Under the pieces are notes generated by a model. It saw nothing but the letters and a program-made list of their open reading frames with translations, was not told where the DNA came from and did not search any database. A DNA stretch of 64,000 nt, from NCBI GenBank assembly GCA_965113315.1, contig OZ220370.1; one strand, given 5' to 3'. Shown here one piece after another: positions 36,915 through 50,333 of the stretch. A program made the translations under genes and the position numbers. Source of the stretch: Podarcis vaucheri. Its lineage: Eukaryota. Numbering within the stretch: the stretch's first letter is position 1; each line of letters starts with the position of its first letter.

Positions 36915-37182
36915 GTGAGTTATTTATTTTCTCATCTTCTGCAAAGCTGCTCCAAAGTTCCAACTATGGGTTTTAGTTCTGTGCTGTTGTGGAAATGCAC
37001 TGGATATATGGATGCGTAGCTGAGGCAGCAGCAGCCTGATCTTTCTCTACAGCTGTTCTGCCACCATTTCTATAATACATTGTGCTAAAAAAAAATTGAA
37101 AAGGGTTGTGTGAGTTTGAGTCTATGTTATCTCACACTTCAGTTTTCCATATGCAGTGAATAAACCAACCTATGGATTAAGG

Positions 37183-37307
37183 CAGGAATGGGGAACCCAT
37201 GGTCCTCCAGATGTGTCCTATCATCCCTGACTGTTGGCCACCCTGGCTGAGACTGATGGGAGTTGGAGTCCAACAACATCTGGAGGGTCACAGACACCCT
37301 ATCCCTG
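37183..37307. mobile_element. hAT-type MITE
   Basis: CAGG...CCCTG termini with internal CCTCCAGATG/CATCTGGAGG inverted arms. 8-bp TSD GATTAAGG/GGTTAAGG. Confidence 0.7.
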
Positions 37308-38224
37308 GGTTAAGGCATATTCCTGAGCTTCTTATTATACTGCTTGTCTGGTTCTACCTATTGTTACCAAAAAAGAAGAAGCTGGGTTGTAAATGAGAGG
37401 GCTAAATGACTTACCAACAATCTCTTGTCAAGATATTAAGCAAATGCAACTGAGCTGAATTGGTTATTATTAAAATAGGGCCAAAAAAGGAAGCTCTCAC
37501 CCCTGTGCCTTCAAAAGTCATCAAGTGGTAGTATGGAGCAAGGTGTTTCACCATTAATTTGCTGCAGAACAAATTGCAGTTAAAGGGGCTAGCCAAAACT
37601 TGGAATACAGAGTCATGTAGATTGGAGGAGGGTGCTGGATGATGAAAACATGGTCTGATAGCACTTTCTGCCTCCCTCAGATAATGAATATCTGAGATAG
37701 CTGTGGAGAAAGCCAGGAGGACCCCAAACCACAGACTGTGCTAGAATGAAGCAACACCTTGAAAACTCCTTGACATTGTCGCCATGTGATAAAGTTGGGC
37801 TCTGGCCTGCAAAAGATTCTGCCATTAACATACACAATAGCTTTTAAAGGTGCCACAGGACTCCTTTTGTAGGTTTTGCTTCCCTCTATGGACCCGGCAC
37901 ACTTATAGTTCTGAAAACTGTCCTCTTTTTAATCAAGCATGTCAAGTTCAATATTGTCCAAAATAAATTGAATATATAGAATATGAATAGCCTTGGGGTG
38001 TTGTAACAAATGAGCAAAAGTTCCAAAGGAAAGAGTGGTGACAATATAGTAGCTTTGTAAATAGAAGCTATTATCCCCTTATTGAAAGTTGCATGTGAGT
38101 GTGTGACTCAGGTGACTGTAATTGATCGATTTAGCAAAATTTATATACTGCTTGTTTATAAACAAAACTTCTAAGCGGTTTACAAAAAATATTGTTATTT
38201 ATTAAATTTCTATACCCACAGTGC

Positions 38225-38625
38225 CTCTGTCTTGCCAGGATTCAAGCTCAGTTTATTTTCCCTCATGTAGTCTACCATTGTATTCAGGCCTGCATGACCT
38301 CCCCTGATTCAGATGTTTTCAAAAAATAGACCTGAGCATCATCAGCATACAAATGGCATCCTGCCCCCAAACGCCTAATGACTACTCCCAGTGGTTTCAG
38401 AGCACTGGGGATAAAACAGTGGCCTGTGGCATAACTGCCAGGGAGCCAAAAAGCACTTTTCCAGTGCTCCTTTCTGGACTTGGTCCCATAGGTGGGACCA
38501 GGACAACTGTAGTACAATTGCCCCCAGATTCCCACTTCACAGAGCCAGTCCAGGAGGATTCCATAGTCCAGAGGTATTCATAGTCCAGTGTGCCATGGCA
38601 CCCCAGGGGTGCTGTGGGCAACACT
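38225..38625 (-). mobile_element. L2-clade LINE reverse transcriptase fragment
   Basis: Minus-strand translation KPLGVVIRRLGAGCHLYADDAQVYF contains the RT YADD motif. Confidence 0.75.
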
Positions 38626-38629
38626 GGCC

Positions 38630-38685
<56 letters not shown>

Positions 38686-38686
38686 T
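38630..38686. repeat. (TTTC)n microsatellite
   Basis: Direct tetranucleotide run. Confidence 0.95.
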
Positions 38687-41032
38687 CCCTCCCTCCTTTG
38701 ATGCCTTCTCAAGTCTCAGCCTCCCAAAGATTTGCACAGCTGTTTGTTGCAGCAGCCCGGGCTATAAACCCTGCAGGTGAATGGTGCCTCTGGGAGACAC
38801 CTCTCTTTGGGGCAGGGGGGCCAAGGGTGGCAGCAGTGGCTGCCCAGAGGACTCCAAGGAGAGGGGAGGGGGTGACACAACTGGGCAAGGAGTGACACAA
38901 CTGGGCTCCTGAGCCTCACAGGGGTGCTGCAGAAAGAATGTGGTTGGTTAAGGGAGTTGTGGACTCCAAAAGGTTGAAAACCTCTGCCATAGTCAATGGT
39001 ATTGAAAGCTGTAGCAATACGGAGAAGTGGGAGCAAAGTTGCACTGCTCTCATCCCATTCTCTTTGGAGTACCCCTGGACACCTCCATCCATAGGCACCA
39101 GCTCCTAAGGGCTGAGGCACTTTGCCCCCCCCCCCCAAAAAAAATATGTTTGGGTTTTCTGCAGATTGATGTTTGTTCTGATTAAGCAGTAAGCAACGGG
39201 TTTTCCTGGGGAAAACAGCAGGACCAAATAAACCCTCTCTGACACTTGAAATCATGAGACAAAGGGAAGGGCAGATGGACCCTGAGCCACAAATGTCTTA
39301 ACTCTAGAACCAGGCACTTGTTTTTCAAGTTGCCAATAGCAGGGTTGCGTACTTTTTAAAAAGGGTTCTGCTCCAGTGTCTTTTACTAGGGTAACCAGAA
39401 GCTTTTTTAAAAAAAAAAGCTGATGTAGAGCCATGGCAAAGAGACAGAGTGCTGACTCAGGAAGACCCTGGTTCAAATCTCACCTCTGCCATGAAGTCAT
39501 AATAAAGTAGCCCCAGGCAAGCCATCCTTGCTCTCATCCTCTGCCTTCCCACCCACCTGCCACTGCAATCTGGAGGCTAACACTTACAGACGTGTTGGAA
39601 GGATTACATCAAAACAATGTAGGTGGAGCACTGGTACAGATGTCTCTTATCTCTGCCCCTACTCTTTGTACCTTTAACATCAACCTGACACAGAAATATC
39701 TGGCATAAATATTCATGGTGGGGTGAGCTTTACCAATTGTGGTCACCCTAGTTATCAGAACGCACCTTGTACCCAATTACATTGGAAGAAGTAACTTGGG
39801 CCATTAAAAATAATAATTATGGCAATATGCCTACTTTTGTCATTCAGAAAACTCTGCATTTAGTAGCAGATGTTTAAGCATCTATTGGCCAATTGAACTT
39901 GACAGTCCTTTGATTGCGAAACCAACAATGGAGACACACCTGAGCAGAGTTTTTTAGAACTTCCAGAGCAGGAGAACAGACAAAGTAGATCTACTGGATA
40001 TACATTCTGATACATTCTTATTTTGCTTAGGGAATTGACACAAGAAAGCTGGTGTCCACCAGAGTTGTGTTGCGCCCCCTGCCCACCCAACTCATAAAAA
40101 TACTGCAAATTGGATAAATCACCTGGCTGTTTTTAGTAATAATAATAATAATATCCTTAAAAAGATGGAATATATTAAAGAGGTAGCTTAGGGTAAAAAA
40201 GGAGGCACGTAATGCCTGCATCTGAATAGATCTGAGATGCTTGTCCCAGCAGGCTTCTGCAAAGTGAACTGCAGCTGTGCAAGCAGGAATACATTATGTG
40301 AAACCTTTTGCACTCATCACCACATCTGCATAATTGGGGAAAGTGCCAGTAGTTGAAACTTTTCCCAATTGCACAGATGCCTAATGAGAGGGAAAGGCTT
40401 CACTTGCAGAAATCTTCTTACACACCTGTTAAAGGCTCAGAAAATCTGCCAGAAAATGTTGGCAACTCCAATCCAGAATGCAGTAAATATACTGTACTGT
40501 AGTAAAATAGGTCACTGAGTGTTTGATAAAGGGCTTTTTGTTCCTAGATTAGAAGCAACATCATCATAGAAGGCAGCATTCTTCAGCCCTCAAGGAAAAG
40601 CTCAGTTTGAGCTTCCTGGTTGTCCAGACTTGCTGCTGCTGCAGCAGCAGAGCTGCCAACTTTTCAACCAGTCCCTTTAGCTCTTCCTTAACCGTTTGAG
40701 CTACAGCAGTGAACAGGTGATTTGCTCCATGGCATGAAAAGCTTCGCTTCTTATTTCTTCCAGTCAGAGCCCTGTTAATGGCACAGGAGGATTTTTCCCC
40801 CTGAGCAGTTGCACATATGGCCAGTTCCAAATTTTAGATCAGTGTTTGGCACGATCAATGTATATTCTCAGTGGTTTAATTTCATTTCGTCTTGGTCTAC
40901 TGTTTCTGCCTCCAGTTCAGCAAAGCTTGTAGATAAAAATGGGGAGGGGGAGGCTCATGATACTCAGGGGTTTGTCTGTTGACTTTTTGGTTGGGAGAGG
41001 CAGTGGAGATTGGACAAGATGGGCCCACATCC

Positions 41033-41475
41033 CAGTGGCGTAGCATGGGTTCTCAGCACCCGGGGCAAGGCAAGTAATTTACGCACCCTAACCCATGGAT
41101 TTTAGCACTCGAGTCTCTTCCGTGCGCCCCCCAGATGTTGCGCCAGGTGCGGCAGGCCCCCCCTGCACCCCCACGCTACGCCACTGCTCCCACCACAAGT
41201 CTTCAGGACAGCCATCCGAAGGCTGGCACGGGGAGAAGGTCTCTCCGCCCCACCGCCAGGCTTCGGAGGAGCCTTCCAAAGCCTGGCGGTGGGGCGGAGA
41301 GCCCTCCTCCCGCCACCAGCCTTCAGAGCATCCTTCCGAAGCCTGGCGGCGGGAGGAGGTCTCTCCCGCCTTGGAGAGGTTCCCGCTTCCTCGAGGGGGG
41401 GCCGGCCAAACGCGCCCCCCCAAATGTTGCGCCCGGTGCGGCCGGCACCCCTGGCACCCCTACGCTATGCCACTG
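41033..41475. mobile_element. hAT-type non-autonomous element (same family as 8782-8908) with a duplicated right end
   Basis: TIR CAGTGGCGTAGC ... GCTATGCCACTG. 8-bp TSD CCACATCC at 41025-41032 and 41476-41483. A second right end lies internally at about 41130-41186. Confidence 0.88.
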
Positions 41476-41659
41476 CCACATCCTCTCTGGTGGCATCTGT
41501 GCTGCCCATTTGCTTGCTCTCCTCCTTTGGGTCCAGCCCCACACTACTGCTGAAAGAGAGAGGTGGGGGTGGCTGCTGTTTCTGTGAATTCACCTCCTCC
41601 TTGCTCTTGCTCCTGCTCACACGCTTGGAGTAGCAGGTTCAGCTCCTGTTGATTTGTGG

Positions 41660-41802
41660 TGGTGGTTAGATCATGGTGCTGATAATGCCAGGGTTGCCAT
41701 TTCAGTCTTCATAGGGGCAGCTGCATAATCCTGCACTGCAGGGGGTTGGACTAGATGACCCTCAGGGTCTCTTCCAACTCTACAAGTCTACGATTCTATG
41801 AT
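41660..41802 (+). mobile_element. tRNA-derived SINE with CR1-type tail
   Basis: Degenerate tRNA-like head (GGTTAGA..TGGTGCTGATAATGCC) followed by GGGGGTTGGACTAGATGACC...ATTCTATGATT. Confidence 0.65.
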
Positions 41803-44800
41803 TCCTTCACATCACTGGATGCTTCCTGGGGTTGTGTGTTTCCTAGAGTGGCAGAGGACCGGACAGCAACAGCCAGACAGGACCTTCTCACTTGTAGCAC
41901 CCCTGGTGGGGCTCTCTCCTAGGGAGGCTTGCCTAGTGCCTGCGTTAATATATTCTAGGCGCCAGACAAATACCTTTTTATTCCCCAAGGTTTTTAACTT
42001 CTGGTGCATTTTTATATATCCGCTTGGATATATGTTTGTTGTGCTCTCTCAACCATTTTATTGGTGATTTGTGTTTTGCAGTCTGCAAGCTGTTGTAATA
42101 CTTCCTTGGAAACTCTTAACTGAAGAGCAGTATAGAAATTGGTTTTAAGCCAATGAATAGGATTTAGCGTGGACCCTCTTCTGTTGGGGCTTCGGTCTCT
42201 GTGGGTGCCTAGTAATGCTGATCCATGGCACCGGCCCTTGTCCTCGAGTCCTCGACTAGTTCCACTGCATTTTCTAAGCATTTGCTTAAGTAGTAACTAG
42301 GACCTAAGACCTCTTTCTCCAGTCTTATGCTCCCTTTAAATGGAAATAAATCTGCAATTTTTAGCTTTCTTACACAATTGTCTGCAGTCCTGTTCTCCCA
42401 AATAAGTGATCTCCTGCAGATTTGATAACTGTGTAGTAATCTGTGCGATTGTCCGTATGTTTTATAGCGAATCACCTGTGCCTTTTAAGCATATGAAAGC
42501 AGAAATTCTGCAAGTGAAGTTTTTCCCCCCTTGCATGGAGTGATAATGAAAGCCTCCAATAACTGTGATGAGGCAGAGGAGCACTGCTAGGGGGGGAAAT
42601 GTGGCGATCCTAATTGTCTATAATCGCCTGCAATCTACTGTCTATATTTAAATCAGCTTCTTATCATTGGGACAGTGCTAATGAGGGATTTTACTAGAAG
42701 CTTAGCAGCAGCTGTCCATTAGTGTCCCTGGGCAAAGGTGACCAATTGTATCCTTACAACCTGTAGGGTTGCCACCTTTCTCACTGGCACTGCTTCTCCA
42801 CCTTTAATAGCAGGTGGAGCTTCTCTTGGCAGGAAGAGAAAATTATGGGGAAAGCTCCACCCAATACTACTTTTGAAGGTACAGAAACAGTATTGGTGTT
42901 TTTAAAGTAGCAGTCCATTCCTCCCTGCCCCCACACATACACACATTTTCCCCTTCACACAACTGCATTTTAATAAATCAGTCCAACATGATATTTCTTG
43001 AAATCTGATTGCAAATGGTGTCTGTGGCTCACAGTGCAGTTCAGAGATTTTTTTTCCCGGGGCAAGAGAAACACAGTGGATACTGAGAGACATAATTAGC
43101 AGGCAGGTGCTTGAAATCATTTGTGTCATACCAGAATTCTCTGGAGTTACCAATGAAGTACTCCAGGAGTAGGGCTGCCACCTTGTCTTACTTGCCTTTA
43201 ATGACCAACCTTGCACTAGATTTGCCCATTTTTCAACTGGCCGATGTAGCTGTGCTATGTGTCTGTATGCAAGCTCATTGGGGTCAGAGTCTTTTCTTCA
43301 CAGTCATTAGCCCAAGAGTTTGTAGGTGGCATCTCCAGAGGTACTTGCAATTCAAGATCTGCTCAGTGTTTGAAATTGCTCTCTTCCCTCCCTCCCTACC
43401 ATCCACTGCCACTCCATTGCCTTTCTGTTCTGAAAGGTGCCCCCCCCCCATATATGCAAACATAGACAATGAAGGACCTTGGCTAGAAAGCCTCGCTTCC
43501 TTTTCCGATCCCTGCCTTGCCCTGGGTGAGGGGGCCATTGATCCACTGAGCTCACCCTAACTGGCAGTGGCTCCCCAAGGTTCTCAGGCAAAGGTTTTCT
43601 GTCCTTCTGGCCAACATCCTTTTAATGAAAACATTGAACCAGGGACCTTCAGCACAACAGCACATCCTCCGCCATGGCCTCTCCTCTTCTCTCGCAAAAG
43701 AAAATCCAGCGGAACTAACACATTCCATAGAAAATGCCAGTTAAATGCAGCACAGACATACAGTGGTTTAATGGAAGAAGTGTTTGTGATGCAATTGATG
43801 TAGCACGCATACACAGCAGGTTGCCATAGAAACTGCCCGTGTGCTAGATACAGGAGGGCCTTCGGAAGATGCTGAGCTGTAATGGCTCTGCCAAATCAGG
43901 AAGCATTTCTTGGTTTTATTTAAGCCGAAGAGCGGATTAATTCATGCCAGTACTTTGCATTCCTGTTCTCGCCCCCCTCTGTCTTTCACACCAAGTATGT
44001 GAAAATAACACAGTGACAGAGGAAGGCAGGGTTGTACTTTACATTATAGCATAACTGCATAACCTAACATATAATATTTTCTAGTTTGTTCTAATTCTGT
44101 CTGCTAACTAGCCTGACAGCTTCTTCCTTTTCTGGGTTGCCCCCACTGTGTGAGGAGACACAGCTTTTTTGGTTTGAGCACCCCAACGGGGAGACATTTG
44201 CCTATGCAGGAAACATAGTCAAGAGTGCTGCCTATGTGCCAAGCTTCTTTGTCATATCCTGCAATTTTTGGCACAGTAACTGATTTGCTGTTCCACCCTT
44301 TTTGAACGTAGGATGATTCTGAAGAATACAAGGCAGTATACACTCTCATACAAAGCAGCCTTATATTTTTATTCTGCTTTCCCACTTGTTTATTAGATCC
44401 TCTCCTTTTATTGATTGCACTATTTCTATTGGTTTCATTTAAGCCTCCCTAGGTACTTGGCTGGCTGAAAGGCAGAGTAAAAATGTATGGCAGTAAGTCC
44501 CATTGAGGTCAACAGGGCTTTCTCCCGGGTAACTGGGCATAGAATTACACCCTAAAAAAGACAAGAAATTACTCTGGTAGCTGGCAGTCTGTTTTATGTT
44601 CAGACTTTTCTACTATCTTCTAAACAAACTTAAGATGGCAAGTTTTATTTCCTGGTTTTTAATTAGAAACTATCTCAGTTAAGTTTGCTCTTTTTTAGAA
44701 CAATACGGATTATTTTCTTGATAAATGGTCCTTTGGGAATAACTGTAAATATCATTTCAGCCAACAGCATATATGGTGTTCAAAACGTAGACATTGCATT

Positions 44801-44954
44801 ATTCTCAGCAAAAAAAACCAGCACTATTCCTGGTGTTGAGCCAAAGAAATAGATGGGGGATACTGCTGGTGTACAGTTGTCATGGCCAGACTACCTTCTG
44901 GTGAGGCTTTGGCCTCATAGCAATAGTTATCTCCTGTGAACTCATTAAGATGAT

Positions 44955-45258
44955 ATTGACAAACTGGAACGTGTATAGAGGAGGGCAGCCAAGATGGTTA
45001 AGGGTCTGGAAACCAAGCCTTATGAGGAATGGTTGAGAGAGTTGGGTATGTTTAGCCTAGAGAAGAGGAGACTGAGAGGAGAAAGGTTAGCCATTTTCAA
45101 ATCTCCCTCGGGAGGTTGTGGACTCTCCTTCCTTGGAGGTTTTTAAGTAGAGTTTGGATGGCAATCTGTCATGGATGTTTTAGCTGAGATTCCTGCTGGG
45201 TTTATAGGGAATTGGACTAGATGCCCCTTGGGTCCCTTCCAACTCTATGATTCTATGA
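44955..45258 (+). mobile_element. CR1 LINE 3' fragment
   Basis: Translation [39 protein letters not shown], and a terminal ATTCTATGA-type repeat. Confidence 0.85.
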
Positions 45259-45459
45259 AATATCTAAAGGGCAGTAGTGTGCCCATTCTTGAAGGATCCT
45301 ACCCTGGACCCAGAGTTTTTAGCAATACTGCTTTGTCACAAACACCCTGTTTTAGGTGAAGGTTCTAGAGAAGCTAGTGACAGCTCAGCTCCAGGTACTA
45401 TTGGAAGAAGCAGATTATCTGGACCCGTTCCAGTCTGGGTTTGGGAAATGAACTGGCCT

Positions 45460-45738
45460 CATTTGATCCCGGAATGTCCCACTTTTCCTCAGAATGTCCC
45501 TATTTTCATTGGAGAAATGTTGGAGGTTGTGGAGTTATCTGACCCCTGAGCCATCTGAAGGCAATCCTGTATAGGGAAGGTTTTTTTTAATGTTTCATGT
45601 TTTATTATGTTTTTTTATATGTTGGAAGCTGCCCAGAGTGCCTGAGGCAACCCTGTAAGATGTGTGGGGTATAAATAGTAAAATTATCATTATGGAATGG
45701 AACGTCCCTGTTCTCATCGGAGAAATTTTGGAGGGTAT
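45460..45738 (-). repeat. Interspersed repeat with two ~40-bp direct sub-repeats (family of 2457-2760 and 13755-14180)
   Basis: GTCCCTRTTYTCATYGGAGAAAT.TTGGAGG occurs at about 45496 and about 45704. Confidence 0.65.
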
Positions 45739-45751
45739 TACCACATAATGT

Positions 45752-46123
45752 GGGACGCGGGTGGCGCTGTGGGTAAAACCTCAGCACCTAGGACTTGCCG
45801 ATCGCATGGTCGGCAGTTCGAATCCCCGCGGCAGGGTGAGCTCCCATCGTTCGGTCCCAGCTCCTGCCCACCCAGCAGTTCGAAAGCCCCCCTAAGTGCA
45901 AGTAGATAAATAGGTACCGCTTTATAGCGGGAAGGTAAATGGCGTTCTGTGTGCTGTTCTGGTGCCGGTTCGCCAAAGCAGCTTCGTCACGCTGGCCACG
46001 TGACCCGGAAGTGTCTCTGGACAGCGCTGGCTCCCGGCCTCTAGAGTGAGATGAGCGCACAACCCTAGAGTCTGTCAAGACTGGCCCGTACGGGCAGGGG
46101 TACCTTTACCTTTACCTTTACCT
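45752..46123 (+). mobile_element. Sauria SINE, full length, with 14-bp TSD
   Basis: tRNA-like head GGGACGCGGGTGGCGCTGTGG...GTTCGAATCCC and (ACCTTT)n tail. TSD TTACCACATAATGT at 45738-45751 and 46124-46137. Confidence 0.9.
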
Positions 46124-46760
46124 TTACCACATAATGTGTAACTTATGTGTTGAGCTTCTTAACTGTGTTCAGCAAGTTATTGTCAGTATCCTAAGTACAC
46201 TAAGGAGGCAGCATGCCCAGTTATTGGGGATTGGGGCTCCAATAACAGTAAATTCCAGAGGGGTAGACCTGTGAGCAGCAAAAATAACAGATGTTTTTGT
46301 CATTATTGCGGCATGTGCTTTGTGAATCATGAGTTGCATGAAATACTGAGGAGAAAACTTCAAGCATCTGCCAAAGTAGGCTCTAGTCCACAAAAGCTAA
46401 TGTCACAATAAATCTGTTTTAATGTGCCATAAGACACTGTTGTGTACTAGAGAGAATGTCTGTAGGAAAAGTTTTTTCTTTTCCTTGCATAACAAGCACT
46501 CTTGCACAACTTTTAAAGGGACAGTAGGTTTGCTTTGCAGTAGGTTCCCAGTAAAGAGTACACCCATGAAGAAATTAGTCCCTCAAAAAAGGATACCTCC
46601 CTTGTACCATGTGCTTTCTCCCCCACCCCACCCACCCCCAAAAAATACTAAGAATAGACTGTGCTGTGTGTGCTTTGTGGAGGAAGTGATCCCTTAGATT
46701 GTTAACACTGTGTCTACTCTGCCTCTTTTTAATGTTTCATTTGCTCTGTTTTCTCCTTAG

Positions 46761-46849
46761 GTCTCAGAATGGGGATGAGAATGGGACTTGGCCAAACAAC
46801 CAGTTTGATACAGAAATGCTTCAAGCCATGATTCTTGCATCAGCAAATG
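46761..46849 (+). CDS. PCDHG: PCDHG constant exon 2 (89 bp; [29 protein letters not shown])
   Basis: CTCCTTAG acceptor and G|GTCAGT donor. Conserved peptide, in frame with constant exon 1. Confidence 0.95.
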
Positions 46850-47716
46850 GTCAGTTGCAGCTAACATGTTCACTAATGTTATTACTTTCAGCTATGCTGG
46901 GAGTGAGCGGAGGGTGTGGGGGGGGGAAGGATATTTAATGTACATGCCTGTAAAAGTTTATACAGAAAGCTTGTACTAAAACAGCTTCAGGGTTATGGCA
47001 AGAGAGCCAAGGTTTGCGTGCTTCCTGAATAACTGTGCCGCTATTTATCACCATACAGAATTCCATGGCAAATGGGCAGCTGGCTGGTTTGCAACTCTTT
47101 GTAGATTAAAGGGCTTCTTTGTTCTTAGAAGAACTCTAATCTCTTAGTCAATTAATGTTTGTATACAGGATTTTTTCTTTAAAAAAAAAGCTCAACACAA
47201 AAATAGCTGGAGGCGGGTTCCCAAATATTGTTCACATAGCTGCCCACACATCTTAAACAGTCCTGGTTAACAGTTGCTCAGGCTGGTTTAGGACACTGAC
47301 ACGCAACTTTGGAATTAAAGCATTTACATTTTAAAACAGAGAGGGTTAGAATGCGGAAGTTCAGTTCAGCTCTGAAATGTGTCTTGGTAAAAATAGCTTT
47401 AAGGGGGTCCATATGTTCACCACTGTCTCTCAGCAAATCCAGATCCAATTTCCTTGCTTTGCGAATTAAAGGATTGCTTTTGAGCTGTCTTCTGCACAGT
47501 TCCAGGGACCAGGAAGTCGGAAGCTGCCCCACAAATTGCAGATTGCCTGATGAGCAGTGGCAGACAAGCCAGCGTTTAACTTTATAAAGAGAATCTCAGA
47601 CAAAAGTCTCACAATTTATTTTTGTTGTTGTTAATGTTTATTTGTCACTTTTCTAACACAGAAGAGTGTCCCAAAGCAACTTAACTGGATAAGACATTAA
47701 AACTCTGTATAAAATA

Positions 47717-47962
47717 CAGTCATACCTCGGGTTGAAGTCGCTTCAGGTTAAGCCTTTTCGGGTTGTGCTCCGCGGCGACCCGGAAGTAATGGAGTGTGTT
47801 ACTTCCGGGTTTCGCTGCTCGCGCATGTGCAGACGCCCAAAATGACGTCATGTGCCTGTGCAGAAGTGGTGAATCGCAAGACGTGTGGACGCTGGTTGCG
47901 TTCGCTTCAGGATGTGAATGGGGCTCCGGAACAGAACTCGTTCGCATCCAGAGGTACCACTG
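47717..47962. mobile_element. Tc1/mariner (Tigger-like) MITE, related subfamily
   Basis: TIR CAGTCATACCTCGGGTTG ... CATCCAGAGGTACCACTG with TA TSD. Confidence 0.8.
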
Positions 47963-47984
47963 TACAATACCTTAGCATGCTGAC

Positions 47985-48850
47985 CTATGAATATGAAAGC
48001 ATCACTTACTATCCTCCCAATTAATAGTCACAGCCCTGGGTAAACAAACAGGTTTTAGTCTGGTGCCTAAAAACAAACAACAGTGGTACCTGGTGAACTT
48101 CCCAGGTGCATTACACAAACGGGGAGCCACCACCCTCCACACCTCCCTCAGAGAAAGCACACCAAGAAGGACCTCTGTTGATATTCATGTGGGGTCACAT
48201 GAGGAGTGGTGGTTCTTGAGGTACAGAGGTCCTGAGCCACATATGGCTGTGTTAGCAAAAACCAGCACTTTGAATTGAGCCCAGAAACCAGCCAGGCCAG
48301 AATTGGTGTTATATACTCAGATTGCCTTATCCCAATCAGCAATCTGGCTGCCAGCTTCTGAACTAGCTGCAGTTTCCAAACCATCTTCAAAGACAGCCCT
48401 GTGCGTAACACATTAATCTAATTTAGAGGTTACCAGAGTGTGGATAACAGAAGTTATCACTGTCCAGAGGTTATCACTTGTGCCTCAAGTGACACTAAAA
48501 GATCCAGAAGTAGCCCCAAACTGTGTACCTGCTCCTTCAGGAGGAGTGTTAACCCCATGCAGAACAGAGTGAACCCCAGCCATCCGGTTTAGTGAAGCAT
48601 CCAGTAGCAGCACCATAGTCTTATCTAAATCAAGGTTGTTGGCTCCCATCTAATCCATTTATCAGTGCTAGGCACTTGTCTAGCATATCCATCACAACTC
48701 CTACAGCTGCAAAGAGGGAAACAGAGCTGCATATCATCAGCACAGGGCTAGCAACGCACTCCAAAATGCAAAGGGACCTTACTCAGAGGTTTCATGTAGA
48801 TGCTAAATTGCACGGGGGGATACAACTGACCCCTGTGGAACCCCACTTTG
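47985..48850 (-). mobile_element. Degenerate L2-clade LINE ORF2 fragment
   Basis: Minus-strand remnants FSIYMKPL, ADDMQL and KLQLVQKLAARLLIG...ITPILAWL. Confidence 0.75.
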
Positions 48851-50015
48851 GAGGCTCCATGGGGACAAACAACAATCCACAGGCATTCCATTCTGTAAAT
48901 GCAACACATTCCCATCCACACTGGATCCAAAACACCACAAAATTAGGCAATCACTTCACAAACTGGCTGTTATCTGAATGTTGAAATCCCAGACAATTGC
49001 TTATTTAATTACGTAGTTAAAATTGCAAAATGCACATAAAACTAATACTTCTGAAGACAATGTGTTTTCTGGATCAGGTTATTCAGAGGCTGACCTCAGT
49101 GGGACTTACTGTCAAGGAAATGTGGAGAATTGCAGCATGCTTGCAAGTTTTAGATGTGATATCTTGCCTGGGGGTAAACACAGCTAGCTAATCATCACAT
49201 TTATCCTTGCTGAGCTGACATCTCCAAGTGGTTTGTCCACACGGAGCATTATTCAGCTGTTAATCCGCTTTCCCCATGCTCATAGGGCCAGCAGCATTGC
49301 CTCTGCCCATGGAGCTAACTCCCACGGGAGCCAAGGCACCCAAAGGTCTCTTTAGCTTCCTCCCACCCAGTGAGACCAGCCAGGAGGAAGTGATCTAGCA
49401 GCTGCTTGTTCTGTGGGCAAGTCCAGACACAGACAATGAGGAATAAGTTGTGTAAGGAAAGAACACTGCCAAAGCCTCTCTTCCTTTGGCACCTTAGAGA
49501 GGATGGAGGTAAAGGACCTGCATGTCAGGAGGCAAAGAGCAGGACCAATGCTTTGCTGGGACCAAATGGGTGGCAAGGCTGGACAGATCTCCCAGGCGGG
49601 TCACCTGTTTTCTACCAGACAGATCCCACTCTGGATCTACAAAGGGGATCTGGTAGAAAGGGAAACAGAGAAGCTGTAGCAGTTCCTGGGGGGAAGGCAG
49701 GCTCTAGCTGCCTGTGCAGCACACACATTTAAGAGATTTCGGTGCCTGCTATTTGCGGAACCTCTCTCCCAAGCCACATAATGGGCTTAGTTCAGCAAAG
49801 CACACAAGCAAGCATTCAAGCAATCCTGCTGTTCACGTCAGTGCTTTCTAATGGCCATTTAAGCAGATTTCCCCCATTATTTTTGCCAAATGGAGGTGGG
49901 AGGGGTTTATTAAGCATTCCCCTCTTGTCTTAGCTGTAGCCTCTGCAAATCAACACGGATAGTGGTTAACGTCTGCTCCAACAGGCCCTGTTTGCCAAGT
50001 CCCTGTGCACAGTCA

Positions 50016-50333
50016 GGGTTCATCCAGACACTTTATTTGGTGCTGTGCTTCTAGGCACAGGTCTGCGCTTCAAAGCTCTGTGTCCAAGCAGTTTTGTTTT
50101 GGGTCCTGGTGCTTACCCCACAGAAACCTGCTCTTCACCGCTGAATCAGAGCAAAAGGCAATCGGAGTTTCTATGGATTGACATTTAATCTGATTCAGTG
50201 GTAAAGCGTGGGTTTTTCCCAGGGAAAGTGCCAGGACAAAAAAAACCAAAACAAAACGCTTCTTGACTACGGAGCTTTAGAGTGCGGACATATGCCTGGA
50301 AAGTGCAACACAAAAGAAAGCCTGGATGAGCCC
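50016..50333. mobile_element. PIF/Harbinger-type foldback MITE
   Basis: TIR GGGTTCATCCAGAC / GCCTGGATGAGCCC, 3-bp TCA/TAA flanks and long internal imperfect inverted arms. Confidence 0.65.

Noticed and set aside
38872-38905. Short tandem duplication GTGACACAACTGGGC (also TGTTGTTTGAGGGCAA near 60727-60759)
   Set aside because: Two-copy slippage duplications with no array or spacer structure.
41088-41633. Cluster of 110-150 aa ORFs
   Set aside because: They lie within a GC-rich hAT element and show no transposase similarity.
45752-45830. tRNA gene-like A/B boxes
   Set aside because: This is the head of a Sauria SINE with tail and TSD, not a tRNA.
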